Translations under genes and position numbers: made by a program | Origin: Octopus sinensis | Taxonomy: Eukaryota | Length of the DNA stretch: 64,000 nucleotides | NCBI RefSeq assembly: GCF_006345805.1 | Contig: NC_043002.1 | Span: 31,930,001-31,994,000 of the forward strand | Reading direction: 5' to 3' | Notes under the pieces: model-generated | Told to the model about the DNA's origin: nothing | Seen by the model: the letters and a program-made list of their open reading frames with translations, nothing else | Databases searched by the model: none | Part shown: positions 13,050 to 25,496 of the stretch, piece after piece | How the letters are laid out: each line of letters opens with the position of its first letter | Position numbering within the stretch: the stretch's first letter is position 1

Positions 13050-13620
13050 CCTCATGATCATGTTTGAGAAACGCGTTACTGAAAGAGAAATAAATCTTCT
13101 GCCAATAATTACATTAAATATGTGTGATTCTATAACAAATTATTCAGATGTATTATTGTAGGAATAGATAAAGCTACCCGGATTATTAAAAGTTCATCAG
13201 TCACACCTCGTATAAAGTCGAGCAATGAGTTCTGACTGCTTTGTCAGAACAAGTTGTTAATTCAAATAAATGAATGTATATATATCTTGTTGAATGCTCT
13301 CCTAAATTCTTCCAAATCATTAATGCAACATAAGTCATCGATCAATCTGAATGGACCATGATAATTAAAAGCTTTAATTTTGTCAACATTTTATTAAGTT
13401 TCCCATGAATTCATACTTGGAAGAATACGGATAACGTTAGCTCCAAGCATCGTCGAAACAATACCCAACGGATTTCCAATTCTCGGTAACAAAGAAGATG
13501 ATCAATTTGGAATCGACAGCTTATAATTAGATACGTTATTGTTTCTTTTAGAGAATTAATTATCGTGTAAGATTTCTCCAAGTGTTTCTCAATCCTATCT
13601 GAGATGGCAAACGTTACAGA
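13050..13620 (-). pseudogene. Degenerate Penelope-like (Naiad-type) reverse transcriptase remnant
   Basis: Across frameshifts: LKETITYLIISCRFQI, IGNPLG, YEFMGNLIK, DKIKAFNYHGPFRLIDDLCCINDLEEFRRAFNKIY, resembling the PLE RT motifs GIPMG and FRY/FIDD. Confidence 0.62.
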
Positions 13621-14004
13621 ATAATGTAACTTTTAACATGCCTAAAAATAAAAATGAAAAACAGAACGGTTATGTAATACGTTAGTACAGGATTATTATA
13701 ATCAATAAATTTAATAGTTAAGAAAATAATTCTATCTAGAAATACCTTTAGAACATAAAATTGTTACTATGAGTTAAAACCTGTGAAGAAAATTAATGCT
13801 TTCATTTGTTTAAAAGAACTTAATAGGAGAAATTAAATTTTGATTTCTGTTAACTAAGAATAACGACTGTGTTCGATTGATTTCCTCCCTTGTAGCTTAC
13901 TGGTACTTTGCTATGTGCTCTAAAGTGCTTTAGTTATTCATATTCATACCGCTAAACGTATTAACAGTTCAGTTCTTTAATGTCGCCCCATTTATAAAAG
14001 TACT

Positions 14005-14350
14005 CCTCCACTTCCTCTTCCTCTTCATCCTCCTCACTGCTTCCTCTTCTCCTCTTCCCCTTCACTGCTTCCTCTTCTCCTCTTCCTCTTCTCCTTTTTC
14101 CCTCTTCCTCCTCTCCCATTCCTTTCCTCTTTCCTCGTCATCCTTTCCTCTCCTCCTCTTCCTGTCCCCACTTCTTCCTCACCTCTTCCTGTCCCCTCTT
14201 TCTCCTCTCACCTTCCTCTCTCCTTCTCTTCCTCTCCTATTCCTCTCTCCCTTTTCTTCCTCTCGTCTTCCTCTTCCCTTCCTCCTCCTTTCTTCTTCCC
14301 CTTCACTTCCTCTTCCCCTTCTCGTCCTCCTCTTCACATCCTCTTCTCTT
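14005..14350. repeat. Polypyrimidine (CTT/CCT) low-complexity tract
   Basis: Direct reading; followed by (GCA)n/(GTA)n to about 14450. Confidence 0.9.
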
Positions 14351-14402
14351 CAGTAATAATAGTAGAAGCAACAACAGCAGTAGCAGCAGCAGCAGCATCA
14401 GC

Positions 14403-14436
<34 letters not shown>

Positions 14437-14768
14437 TAGTAGTAGTAGTACATGTTGCGGTTGTTAGAATATAAAATAAACCAGCTTCCTTCTAAAAGTT
14501 TCCATTTTCCGAAACGACCAAAAAATGTTTGGACTAACACGCTGTTTATGTTGTAGCTGTTGTTGTTGCTATATTAGTAGTGGTGCTGTGATTGTTATTG
14601 TTAGAATTGCTTAGTTCAACAGTTATACGATCGAAAACTTTCCAGAAGTAATCACCGGGTATATTTTGTATGCTTGGAAATGACATCATTGTGCAACGTT
14701 TACAGCGCAAGGGTGTCTCATATGAGGGTAATTGACCTACAGTTACTAGCAGGTCCAGTAATTATTTA

Positions 14769-15080
14769 GGGCTGTGTGGCAAGTAGCTTGCTTACCAACC
14801 ACCTTGGGCAAGTGTCTTCTACTATAGCCTCGGGCCAACCAAAGACTTGTGAGTGGATTTGGTAGACAGATATTGAAAGAAGCCCGTCGTATACATATGT
14901 GTGTGTGTGTGTGTCTGTATTTGTCCCCCCATATCACTTGACAACCGATGCCCGTGTGTTTACGTCCCCGTAACTTAGCGGTTCGACAAAAGAGACTGAT
15001 AGAATAAGATTTGCTCGACTAAAAGGCGGTGCTCCAGCATGGCCACAGTCAAATGACTCAAACAAGTAATGGGTAAAGAG
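14769..15080 (+). mobile_element. Family-B tRNA-derived SINE (internal deletion in head)
   Basis: ggctgtgtgg..agtagcttgct head, cttgggcaagtgtcttct core, internal (TG)n, tail ggtgctccagcatggccacagtcaaatgact; other copies at 27895, 30571, 35471 and 40641. Confidence 0.85.
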
Positions 15081-15085
15081 TAGTA

Positions 15086-15424
15086 GTCGCATGTCTCAGT
15101 GGTCAGAGCGTAGAGCTTACAACCGTGAGGTTGTGAGTTCGAATCCCGGACCGGGCTGCGTGTTGTGCTTTTGAGCAACACACTATATATAAGGCGAGCT
15201 GGCAGAATCGTTAGCACACCCAGCGAAATGCTTAGCAGTATTTCGTTTGTCTCTACGTTCTGAGTTCAAATTCCGCCGAGGTTTATTTTGCCTTTCATCC
15301 TTTCGGGCTCGATTAAGTAAGTACCAGTTACGCACTGGGTCGATATAATCGACTTAATCCGATTGTCTGTCCTTGTTTGCCTCCTCTATGTTTAGCCCCT
15401 TGTAGGCAATAATAACAAATAAAT
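15086..15424 (+). mobile_element. tRNA-head SINE fragment (15086-15186) interrupted by a full-length family-A SINE (15192-15424)
   Basis: A box ctcagtggtcagag and B box gagttcgaatccc; then ggcgagctggcagaatcgttagc...gagttcaaattcc...tail. Confidence 0.85.
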
Positions 15425-16026
15425 AGCTTCATAAGCAAATTAATTTGTTGTTGGTGTTGTTGTTCAACCACAGCTCATCGTTAACGAGGCATACCTGTGA
15501 ACAAGAGATGCTGCTTATTACTTTTTAACCTTTAGCTTTCAGATTACTGTGTTAAATTTAATACATATTTATTCACATTATTGTTTTCGGAATAATAATT
15601 TTCGGAACGGTCGTTTCTTTTTTCCTCTTTCCCTTTTTTTTTTTTTGGCAAATAAGCACACGCACAATATATTCGTTCTTCTTTTCAGGTTTATTATTGT
15701 GCTTATTTTAATGACCTTAATCTGAAAAATTTCCTCACACGTCCTGTGACCACTTCAGCGACGCTTCATCACACGTGTCTACGCCCGTTCTGTTTAATCC
15801 ACTCTGCAACTCACTGTGTGCTTTATTCACATTGTTTCGAGTTAATCATGCGTCATCCTGTAGCTTTGAGATTTCGATGATGTAATTATATATTTTTAGA
15901 ATAACATTGTACAGGAGCTGTGGGAGACCGAATGTGAGCAGTTTGAACATAAAACATGAATATTTGGGCTTGATATGGCCTGTTTAAGCGCTAAAGAGTT
16001 AAGGTAGTTGGGGGTATAATTTTACG

Positions 16027-16340
16027 TGGCTTAGGGGTTAAGATATTTGACTGACAGTCGTAAGGTTGTGAGTTTAATTCCTGGCGACGCCTTGTGCCCT
16101 TGTGCAAGGCATTTTATCTCACGTTGCTCTGGTCCACTCAGCTGCCAAACATGAGTAGTACCTGTATTTCAAAGAGCCAGCCTTGTTGCATTTTGTGTCA
16201 CGCTGAATCTCCCAGAGAACTATGATAAGAGTACACTTGTCTGTGGAGTGCTCAGCCAGTTGCACGTTGATTTTACAAGCTGCCTTTCGTTGATGAGATC
16301 AACTGGAACCTTCGGCATCGTATCCGATGGAGTGTCAGTT
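16027..16340 (+). mobile_element. tRNA/CORE-like SINE with long tail
   Basis: tggcttaggggttaag...gagtttaattcc...tcacgttgctctggtccactcagctg. Confidence 0.7.
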
Positions 16341-16939
16341 TTATGTATACTATTTGGTCAAACGGTGAAAGGCTCGTGAGGGTTACAGTACACCTGCTTG
16401 TGACTATACAAGCCACTAAAAAGGATGAGTGAAATCATGCACATGCTACCAGATTGGTTATACTCATCTAGAAGTAACAGCAACGCAATCACACACAAGT
16501 GCAAACACATACCTCAAGCCAAATATGCATACACATACACTCAATAAATAGTGCCTGTTAAATAACAAATGAAATAAATTTAAATGTGTCAAAGTCTTGC
16601 TATTGGTTAGATAAGAATATAAACATATTTTTCCTACTCTATTGATGTGCCAACAAAAAAAAAGAAAGCGGTAGTAATTCTCTTGTTGAACCATTTGTCA
16701 AGTAAAAGCTCTTGAGAGAAGGCGTACACCAGCCTGTTTTCCCAAACAGTATCGCAGACCAGCTGTTATATAAAGCAGTTTTCAATTAAATAAGCACAGT
16801 GGTGGGTAGCTTAATTTGCATATCTATGCTTTTGACAGGTTGTCAATAATTAAATAATATCTATTTAATGTACCACACAGCATAAGTAAATAAAAGTTGA
16901 AATAAGTTTAAACGTTACAAATCCTTAAGAAGATAGATG

Positions 16940-17700
16940 GGGGTCGGACGGAGCGGGTCATTAATGACCTAGTGGTAGTACCTTACTAGTACTTTGTTTT
17001 ATTGATCACGGAAGGAAGGAATACAAAATGTCTCAAGTTGAGTTTCAAATCAGAACGTACAGGAATTTTTGTCTGACAGTCTTGTGTTTCTGCCAGTGGC
17101 CTCTAATAAGCCTTTCTTTTCTTGCTATAGACACAAGGCCTGAAATTTGAAAGGTGGAGGAATTTATCAATTATATTGAATCTCTTACTCAACTGGTATT
17201 AATTTTATCGATTCTAAAAAATCAAAGACAAAGTCAAACTCAGATTTTGAACTCAAAACATAAAGGCGGATGAAATGCCGCTAAGTATTTTATTCGGCGC
17301 CCTAACAATTTTGCCAGCTCGCTACCTTAATCGCCTCTAATAATGATTTCAAATTTTGACAGAAAACCAGTAGTCTTGGGTGACGGATTAAGTCGATTGC
17401 ATCGAACCCGGTTGTCAACTGATAATTATTTCATGGACCCCGAAAGGTGAAAGGCAAATTCGACCAAAGCAGTTATTTAACTCGCAACGTAATGACAGTC
17501 GAAATGCCCGACAACACGCTAACGATTCTGCCAGTTCGCCGCCATAATCGCCTCTAATAATCTTTTCTACTAAAGGCACAAAGCCTGAAATTTTGGTGGG
17601 AGGAGACTAATTAATTACATCAACTTCATTGTTTCACTGGTACTTATTTTATCGACCCCGAGAGGATAAAAGGCAAAGTCAACCTCGGCGGAATATAACT
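16940..17700 (-). mobile_element. Head-to-tail array of four family-A SINEs
   Basis: Repeated core at about 17000, 17215, 17435 and 17655; 17-bp direct repeat taatcgcctctaataat at 17328-17344 and 17545-17561. Confidence 0.8.
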
Positions 17701-18499
17701 GTCTTTAATAATGAAACTGTTTTCAACTTGGTGAGACTGATATCAGCTAATTTCTTGCATTTAAATGTTACAATGCTAAACTATTAGCAGGGTGTTGATG
17801 CGAAATCCGGATAGAATACTAATGATAGTATGTAAGAAACGCTATGATGGATAAAGTGCATAGTTATTATAATTAGTATTGCAATTATAGTATAATAATA
17901 ACTTTTGTTATTACTATCGTTATATTGTAGCTATAATGTTGTATACTTACATTTTCACTCGTTTATTGTAATCATTATTATATTTACTTGTATAATCCTG
18001 GTGTTCGTTTTTATTAAACCCAATCGATGAAGCTGTGGTTTAGCAGAATCGTTAACAAAATTTTATTTACTTTCGACCTTTTTTGGTTCTGAGTTCACAT
18101 TCATGGAGATTAACTTAGCAACTCCTCCTTCCTATGATGGTAAAATAATTATCTACCATTTAAATAGTGGAATGAATGTTATATTCCGGTAAAGTATTCT
18201 ATATTTAAATTAGATTATATAGATCAATCTTAATCTAATTCATCGAGGACATTCTCGCAGTAACCAAGCAATTTTCAGTGTTATTTAGAAATGTTTTTAG
18301 AAATATACTGCCTGCTTTTGAGGTAAATTTGATCAAATTCGTCCCATCCGTGACCATCTTGTTTTTCATGCTGTGTTTTATATTTCAAGGCTTACTACAA
18401 TTTTTAAGACGGTAGAATATTATTTCAGGAAGATTTACTGCTATTTGTTGTAGGTTATTCAACGAAGTTGGCTCCTAAACTTTATAGTAATTCCAGTGG

Positions 18500-18730
18500 C
18501 AGAATCTCTGATGAATGTGGTTCATTTGAAGAAGGCAGATCTCGGCATGTTAGACGGAATCATTAAGAGAATTCTCGGAGAGAATGTCTTGACAAGTAAG
18601 TGATAAAAAGGTTATATAATTAGGAAAGGTTATAGCTGACTAAGAAAAATGGAGGCCTGTATTGTCAGTTGTATAAAAGATGCATAGAGGGAAACAATAA
18701 TGGGCGACAGGTTACATTGCGATGAAATAT
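18500..18730 (+). pseudogene. Highly degenerate R4/Dong-type RT C-terminal remnant
   Basis: VVHLKKADLGMLDGIIKRIL and RL*LTKKNGGL resemble ELxxLD..RK and RLYLxRKxGGRGL. Confidence 0.4.
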
Positions 18731-21211
18731 GGAGAATGTATCAGAGCTGGCAGGAAAGAGGGGGAAAAGAGTAAAAGAAAGATAGTTAGCCAGAAAGAGA
18801 GAGAGCAAGGGAGAGAGAGCGATTAACAGAGAAGGAGAGGAAGAGAGATAGAGAGAGAAAAGTGGTAAAGGATGATGCTATGTTCTGTGTACATGAAGTC
18901 TTGGTAATTAAGACATCAGACAGAATTCGAAAAGAATGAATGCTGTGTGAAATTAATGAGGTGAACTCTGTAAAAGAAACTGGTAAATAGCGTAAGGGAG
19001 CTATTTTAAGCAATATGAGAAGAAAGCTGTAGAGACAGAAGTGTTTACCAAATTTGATAGAAATACAGAAGAAAAAAAATGGATGGTTACTTTTTTTAAC
19101 TTGCATTCTTGGAAAAATCTATGCTGTCATTTACAGGCAGGTACAAATGTTAGAAGAAAGTATAAAAAGTATAAAATTAAAATGAATGCAAGTTATATCA
19201 GACACTTGCTGGCAATGTTAAGAATTGTGAATATCTTCTATTATAGGACACAAAATTTATGTATACCACTTGCTTTGAGGCAATCGCTGCTTCAAGGCAA
19301 TAATAAGAATGATTTCTTACTGAGGCAAAATAAGAGAAATTTATGCAAGGAGTATGTATGTTCACTGAATCGGCATTATTACTTCAGGAAAGAGGAAATG
19401 TTAAGTAACCACCAGTGGGATTTCATATGAGAACAATGATAGCCTAAACTATTCTCCGTCAATGAAGTGGAGTACAGAGCAATAGTATTATAATCATAGA
19501 TGGGAATTATTAAAGATTTATGCTATTGTAGACAATACTTGTTTCTTAATTAGAGACACAGGGACCGCAGTTTCAGTAAATGGAAAGCTAGTCAATGTTG
19601 TGGACCCTAGGACTCGATACTTAAGTTTATCTTCCGCGAAAGTAAGAAAGCAAAGCTGACCACGGCAGGATATGACATCAGAGCAAAAAGAACCGAAACA
19701 GATGGCGCTATGCATTTTGTCCGCTATTCTAACTATTCTGCCAGTCCACAATCCTTGTTATTGCAAAAAAATACTTCGTAATAAAAAGCATAAACCCGTT
19801 TTAAATGGCACTTTATTTAATACATGTGTAATTACATAACTTGGCAAAGCACCAAACTGTTTAGCGATACATCGATGTAAAAAGGACTCGTTAATTGAAT
19901 ATTCAAATATAGTCAATTTCACTTAATTGCATAAAATTTATTTTCATTTTGAGTAAAAATAAAATAGGGAAACACCAAATATGAGTACATATTTGATTGG
20001 TTTGATATGACTAAAGCGATTGTAGAAACGTCTAATTCTGTAGATGAATTATATCATCGTTATTTCATATTTTGAAATAAGTCATCGCAAAAATTCTGGA
20101 TATTGTTAAAGTTTCAACAAATTAAAAGACCATCGGAGTTCAGATTCCCTTGTAGTATATCTATCTTAAGTGAAATAAGCATTGGAGATGCTTTGCCCCA
20201 CGCAGAAATTACAGTAGTTATCGCAATGTCGGAAAACCTTACGTAGCATAAGTAGATATATCAGGCTCACAAACGTTTCGCCATTTATCATTTACGCTTA
20301 GCCTGAGTGGGGCAGTAAGGATTGAACTTGTCTTCAACTGCACGAAGGTACCACCTGGAATAACCTGTATACCACAGCCACCTTGAGCTGATTTCATTTG
20401 TCTAGCTCATCTCCTGGATGGCTTTCTTCATTTGTCTGCGTTCCGGAACAATCTTTTGGCTGGAAATTCCTTTAATTAAGAATTCAATGTTGATTAAATT
20501 TGTAAAGCATTAATTGTGAATTTAGTAATGAATAAAGGCTGTTCTTACTTTGCCCTTTGTTTGGTAAGATTCTGTAAAAACAAATAATGTTATATTTCGG
20601 TAAGGTCTGTTTAATTATTGCTAAATAAACTCACGCACTATATATTCGTTCGTTATTTCAGCATTATTATTGCTCTTATTTTAGTGTACTTTGTCTAAAT
20701 GTTTCGTCACACTTTCTGTGACCTCTTCGATGACCAAACAGCCCAATGGTCTAAACAGAACAGGAGGATACACGTGGGATGGAGAGTTGCTGAAGAGCTC
20801 ACAGGATTAGTGAAGAAAGATTTAGACAAAGGATACAGAAATAAAAACAGTAATAAAGCTGATGGGAAGAACAAATATATAATGCGTGAGTTTATTTCGC
20901 CAAAAAATTACAATCCTGAAATATATCAATAAAGTTAGTTTTATTATAAATTTATTATCAGATGTCCTAGTTTTAAATCGATTCAATTATTTTTTTAGTA
21001 ATCGGTAATGCATTAATTTGGTAGCGTTTTGGCAGAGTCGTTAGAGTGTGGCATAGATTTCTTCTGGTTCTCTGCGTTTTGAGTTCGAATTTCACGTTGG
21101 TCTACTTTACTTCTAACTTTTTCGCGATTGATTAATAAATTAACAGTCCGTTATTGGGCTCGATCCCTCTCACTCCTCTCTACTTCATATTTTTCCTTAC
21201 TCTTTTTCGCG

Positions 21212-21371
21212 TTATTTGCATTATTTACAATTGACGGATATTTGCCCTCATCTTGTTTGTTAACACAATGTTTCGGCTGATATACCCTCCAGTCTTCATC
21301 AAATGTCGTAGAGAAGTTTCGAACCTGGTTTCTCATTCTTAAGGTATTTGTTGATGTTGTTGTTGTTGTTG

Positions 21372-21424
<53 letters not shown>

Positions 21425-21495
21425 AATATTCAGGTTACTGCCCAGAATCAAACTCGGAATCTTGGGTTTAGTAGCCCGCGCTCTTAACCACTACA
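21212..21495 (-). mobile_element. tRNA-headed short element with degenerate hammerhead in its tail (left copy)
   Basis: Minus strand: gtgtagtggttaagagcgcgggctactaaacccaagattccgagtttgattc head, (AAT)n(AAC)n spacer, ttgatgaagactggagggtatatcagccgaaacattgtgtt. Confidence 0.75.
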
Positions 21496-21500
21496 CTCGT

Positions 21501-21730
21501 GGGCATATGGCATAGTGATTCCGAGTTCGATTCCAGGCAGTGACCTGAATAATAACAACATCAAAAAATACGTTAGGAATGAGAACCCAGGTTCGAAGTT
21601 TCCCTAAGACACCTGATGAAAGCTGGAGGGTGTATCAGCCGAAACAGTTGTGTTAACAACAAACAAGATGAGGACAAGTATCATTCAATTGTAATTAATG
21701 TACATAATTCCTCTTCTATTAAATGTAGAA
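21501..21730 (+). mobile_element. tRNA-headed short element with hammerhead motif (right copy, head internally deleted)
   Basis: gggcatatggcatagtg|attccgagttcgattcc head; inverted homology to 21212-21495. Confidence 0.75.
21608..21654 (+). ncRNA. Minimal type I hammerhead ribozyme motif (slightly mutated)
   Basis: Stem I gacac/gtgtt, CTGATGA 21613-21619, stem II agctg/cagcc, GAAA 21641-21644, tiny stem III. Confidence 0.7.
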
Positions 21731-21877
21731 CTGTACTATTTTTCTCTTTAGTAGTGATTGACAGTGTTCAGAACTGGCGAGGAATGGCCAAGACAAGCCG
21801 TATGTCATGATGTTGTTCCTATGATACTATCATGGGTTATGATTCACATTGTTCCCGTTCTATTACTTAATTTCATT

Positions 21878-22089
21878 AGGGCGGCGAGCCGGTAGAATCA
21901 TTAGCACGCTGGGCGAAATGCTCGGCGGTATTTCGCCCGTCGCTAATTTCTGAGTTCAAAATCCGCAGAGGTCGACTTTGCCTTTCATCCTTTCGGGGTT
22001 CGATAAATTAAGTACTAGTTACACACTGGGGTTGTAATCGATTACCCCCCCTCCTCTAACTTTCAGGCCAAGAACCTATAGTAGAAAGG
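21878..22089 (+). mobile_element. Full-length family-A SINE with 16-bp TSD
   Basis: attacttaatttcatt at 21862-21877 and 22090-22105. Confidence 0.92.
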
Positions 22090-25000
22090 ATTACTTAATT
22101 TCATTGTTTGAATCACAGGGTGTGAAAGACGTTATCGGAATAAAATATTTGGCTAATATTTGGTCATTGAAAATATCTAATATAATTGAAAAAACGTCAA
22201 AGAGCGTAATAATTAAACCAGTTGTCATGTCGATCGATATCAATAAAAGGTACTACCTACACTAACCGGAACATAAGTAAATTACTTATAAACAGATGTT
22301 GCTTGACGGAGTAACGAACTCGGAGTAACTTTAACTGGAAAGCTTTGTTCTTTTTATAACCTATGGATCGATGCTCTATAACAAATGACAAAATCTGCTC
22401 TACGTATAAAACTTTGTTCTGGTTTAATTATATAACAGATACATGTGCTAAATATCCCCAAATCTGTACTTCCTACATTATAATGAAATTTCCAAATTTA
22501 TTGCTTAATGTACGAATTCGATTAATTGAACACGCAACGGTTTATTGCATAAGATAACCAATCCCGTGATTATGCAATAAAGCGAAATCAATTGTATAAT
22601 TTAGCTCAGAATCAACTGCTTCAAACTACAAACACAGTATCCGATCTCTTTTTTGTAAAAAGAAGAAAGGAATAGCAATTTCTTTAATAATAATTGATGA
22701 TAATGTTGAATATGATAGTTGTAATGATGATAGTCATCCATGGTGTTCTAAAACAACTTCGAACTCCAGTTTTCTTTCATCATAACTATCTTTTTCATAA
22801 CACAGTTCTGTAATTCTCCAATTCATAGCTTAGTTTTTTACTACTTCCGCTCCACTTTCCATAACTCACCTTTGCTCCTCTTCTGCTAACTGTCCTTCCC
22901 ATAACCCAGTTTTCCAATTTTCCTACTCAGTGTCCGTTTCGTGACCCTTTCCTACAAAATAGCCTTTTCTTAACACAGATTTTCACCAATTCCTTTGATT
23001 ATCTATTCTATAATCCAGTTTCCAGGCAAAAACGCTACCATAAAGATTTCACGAAGGTAAAATTTTTATGCGTTTATTTTTTTCATAAATTTTGGTCGTG
23101 AGTTGGACAATTTTCTTCCGTCACACTCTGTAGAATGTAATAACAGTAACGTTAGGAAAGAAATCAAACCCCATCTATTTTCGCATGGCAACTAGTTTCC
23201 CATAGCAACGAAACAGAAATGGCTAGTATATTCTCACTTTTATTGAACTGTTTCCCTGACAAAGTCATTTAATTATCGATAGCTCATTATATATGACTGT
23301 AAATAGGTATGATAGGTCGAATAGTTTACAATTGTAAGATATTGGGACACCTTAGAATTGACAAGGTAGCATATGCCTTCAAAGTACTGCGTTCGAATAA
23401 TTCTTGTACACTTAGGTCACGAGAAATTGCCAAAGAAGCGACTACACATTCATTCCGTTCTATTTCCACAAGCCTAAAACTATAGCGTGAAATGAAAAAG
23501 AAAAAACAAAATAACTTGAATCAAACTAACTATAAAAAAGAACGACAGAAAACACAAAAAAATGCACAGTATCAGCATCAGAAATTCGGAATGTTTAAAG
23601 TCCAACAAAATGACAAGATACATCGTTAGAAAATTTAGAATGTTCCAAAGTATATTCCAACTCAGCTAAATCTCTGCCATACGATTGATATCATATCGTT
23701 TCCATTATATTATGATTGATTACGTATTCCCCTTCACTTGGTCTCTGACGTTGTCTAGCTTTATTTAGCGTTGCTTATATATATATATGAGTATCACTAT
23801 ATTTATCGTTCGTCTGCCTGTTATTTTTTTATACTTCTTTTGGGCGGTGGGGGTGAATAAAACGTAGTTTATGACAGAGATTGTTGCTCACGAGAAAACT
23901 TGCTCAGGTAGAATTAAAGAAAAAATAAGATTTATATATATAAATCTTTTTACATGCCTTCGGGGAAAAAAAATTCGTCTCCTTCCCCCGAACAGTTCAC
24001 AAGTTCCTATTTTTATAATAAATATACATGTTTGTATATTCTTCTTCTTCTTCAATGTATATATATATATATATATACACGTACATACATATATTAATGC
24101 AAATGTGTGTATTGCATACATGTACACACACGAGCACACGCCCGGACGCACATATAAAGATATGTATATGTATACGTCAAAAAAAGAGGAATATGAAAAA
24201 ATGTATATGTATTTAAAAAAAGGAACTGTGAACTGCTGGAAGAATATATAAACACAGATATGTATATGCATACATAGATATTTCAACAAATCTCTATAAA
24301 TACGTGTGTGTGTGTGTGTGTGTGTGCGTGCGTGTGTGTATGTGTGTGTGTGCGTGTGTGTGTGCATGTAGATTGATGCATATGGAAAACACACGTATAT
24401 ATGATAGAGTATACATAATTACGCATACTAACAAACACACAGAAATACCGAAGGATAAATACTTCCATACGCACACATTGATACGCAAACGGACTCACAT
24501 ATATAAATGTATATATATATATATACCTCTATGATTTATGTAGTACTGCTGAAACATAACATACATGAATACACGTCTATATATCTATATGCTTGTATAA
24601 TATTCTGTGTTTGCATGTTTGCGTACGTATATATACAGACATATATGTATACAAACACACACACATCAATGCAGACAGAGAGATTATAGTGTCTGTAGCA
24701 AGCCCACCATACTGTATAATAAAACACATCTATAACTTTCCAGCTGAAGACATAGCCGCCATATATCATCAATGACTGATCTATCAGATTTCCCGCTTCG
24801 ATCCATCTTAATATTGCCGTCTTGTAATACACGTTGCGGTAGCAGAAGTATTGGTAGTAGCAATGGTAATCATGACGGTGTTGTCTATGGTGTCGATGGT
24901 GGTAGTAGTAGTAGTAGTCTTCGTCGTAATTGTCGTTGCTTTTGTTTTTCACTTTGTTATGTGGTAGCAGGCCTTGTGGTTGTGGTAGGGTTGTTTCACA

Positions 25001-25496
25001 TGGCAGTAGTAGTGGTTACAGAATTGACTAATGTTTGGAGTGGCAGAGATAATGATATTTGTTGTTTAGCTCCAGTTCACCTCTGATTGAGCAGATCTTT
25101 GAGCAAGTGTGTTCCAGTGATGACTAAATTATCTCTTCATTCAGGCCCAGTGTGCAGCAACCACATTAATCACCATGTCTTTCTTGTTTTATGAAGAGAA
25201 TTTGGTCTTTCTTGAAGATCGAACTGTCACGTACTGGATTTTTACATTTTTATTCGCAGATCAACACGCATTTTAAAGGTATTCCAATCATGCCCAACGT
25301 CTTGTACTCAGACTCTCTGGGCATACAACAACTCATGTATCTTTGCTTTGTCTGAAACAGTACGAAGCAATTTATATCGGCGTTGGTAGCTATTTCTTAC
25401 AAATGGATCAACACAATAGTCACGCATGCTCTTATTATTTTTGCCGTTAATTATAGTTGTAGCACTACTAGAATCTTTTTAAAATCTTTCCATTAC

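Noticed and set aside
15086-15186. Possible genuine tRNA gene
   Set aside because: A and B boxes are present, but there is no matching acceptor stem and it runs into a CORE-like SINE body.
19530-19780. FLIRDTGTAVSV resembling a retropepsin motif
   Set aside because: Spacing is imperfect and there is no gag or pol context; may be chance.
20250-20310. Hairpin containing cgaaacgtt on the minus strand, hammerhead-like
   Set aside because: No CUGANGA core and no stem II.
20330-20470. GC-richer segment as a possible host exon
   Set aside because: All frames examined stop quickly; no recognisable protein and no partner exons.
22740-23040. Possible gypsy integrase C-terminal remnant (minus strand)
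   Set aside because: Only vague W..G spacing with many stops.
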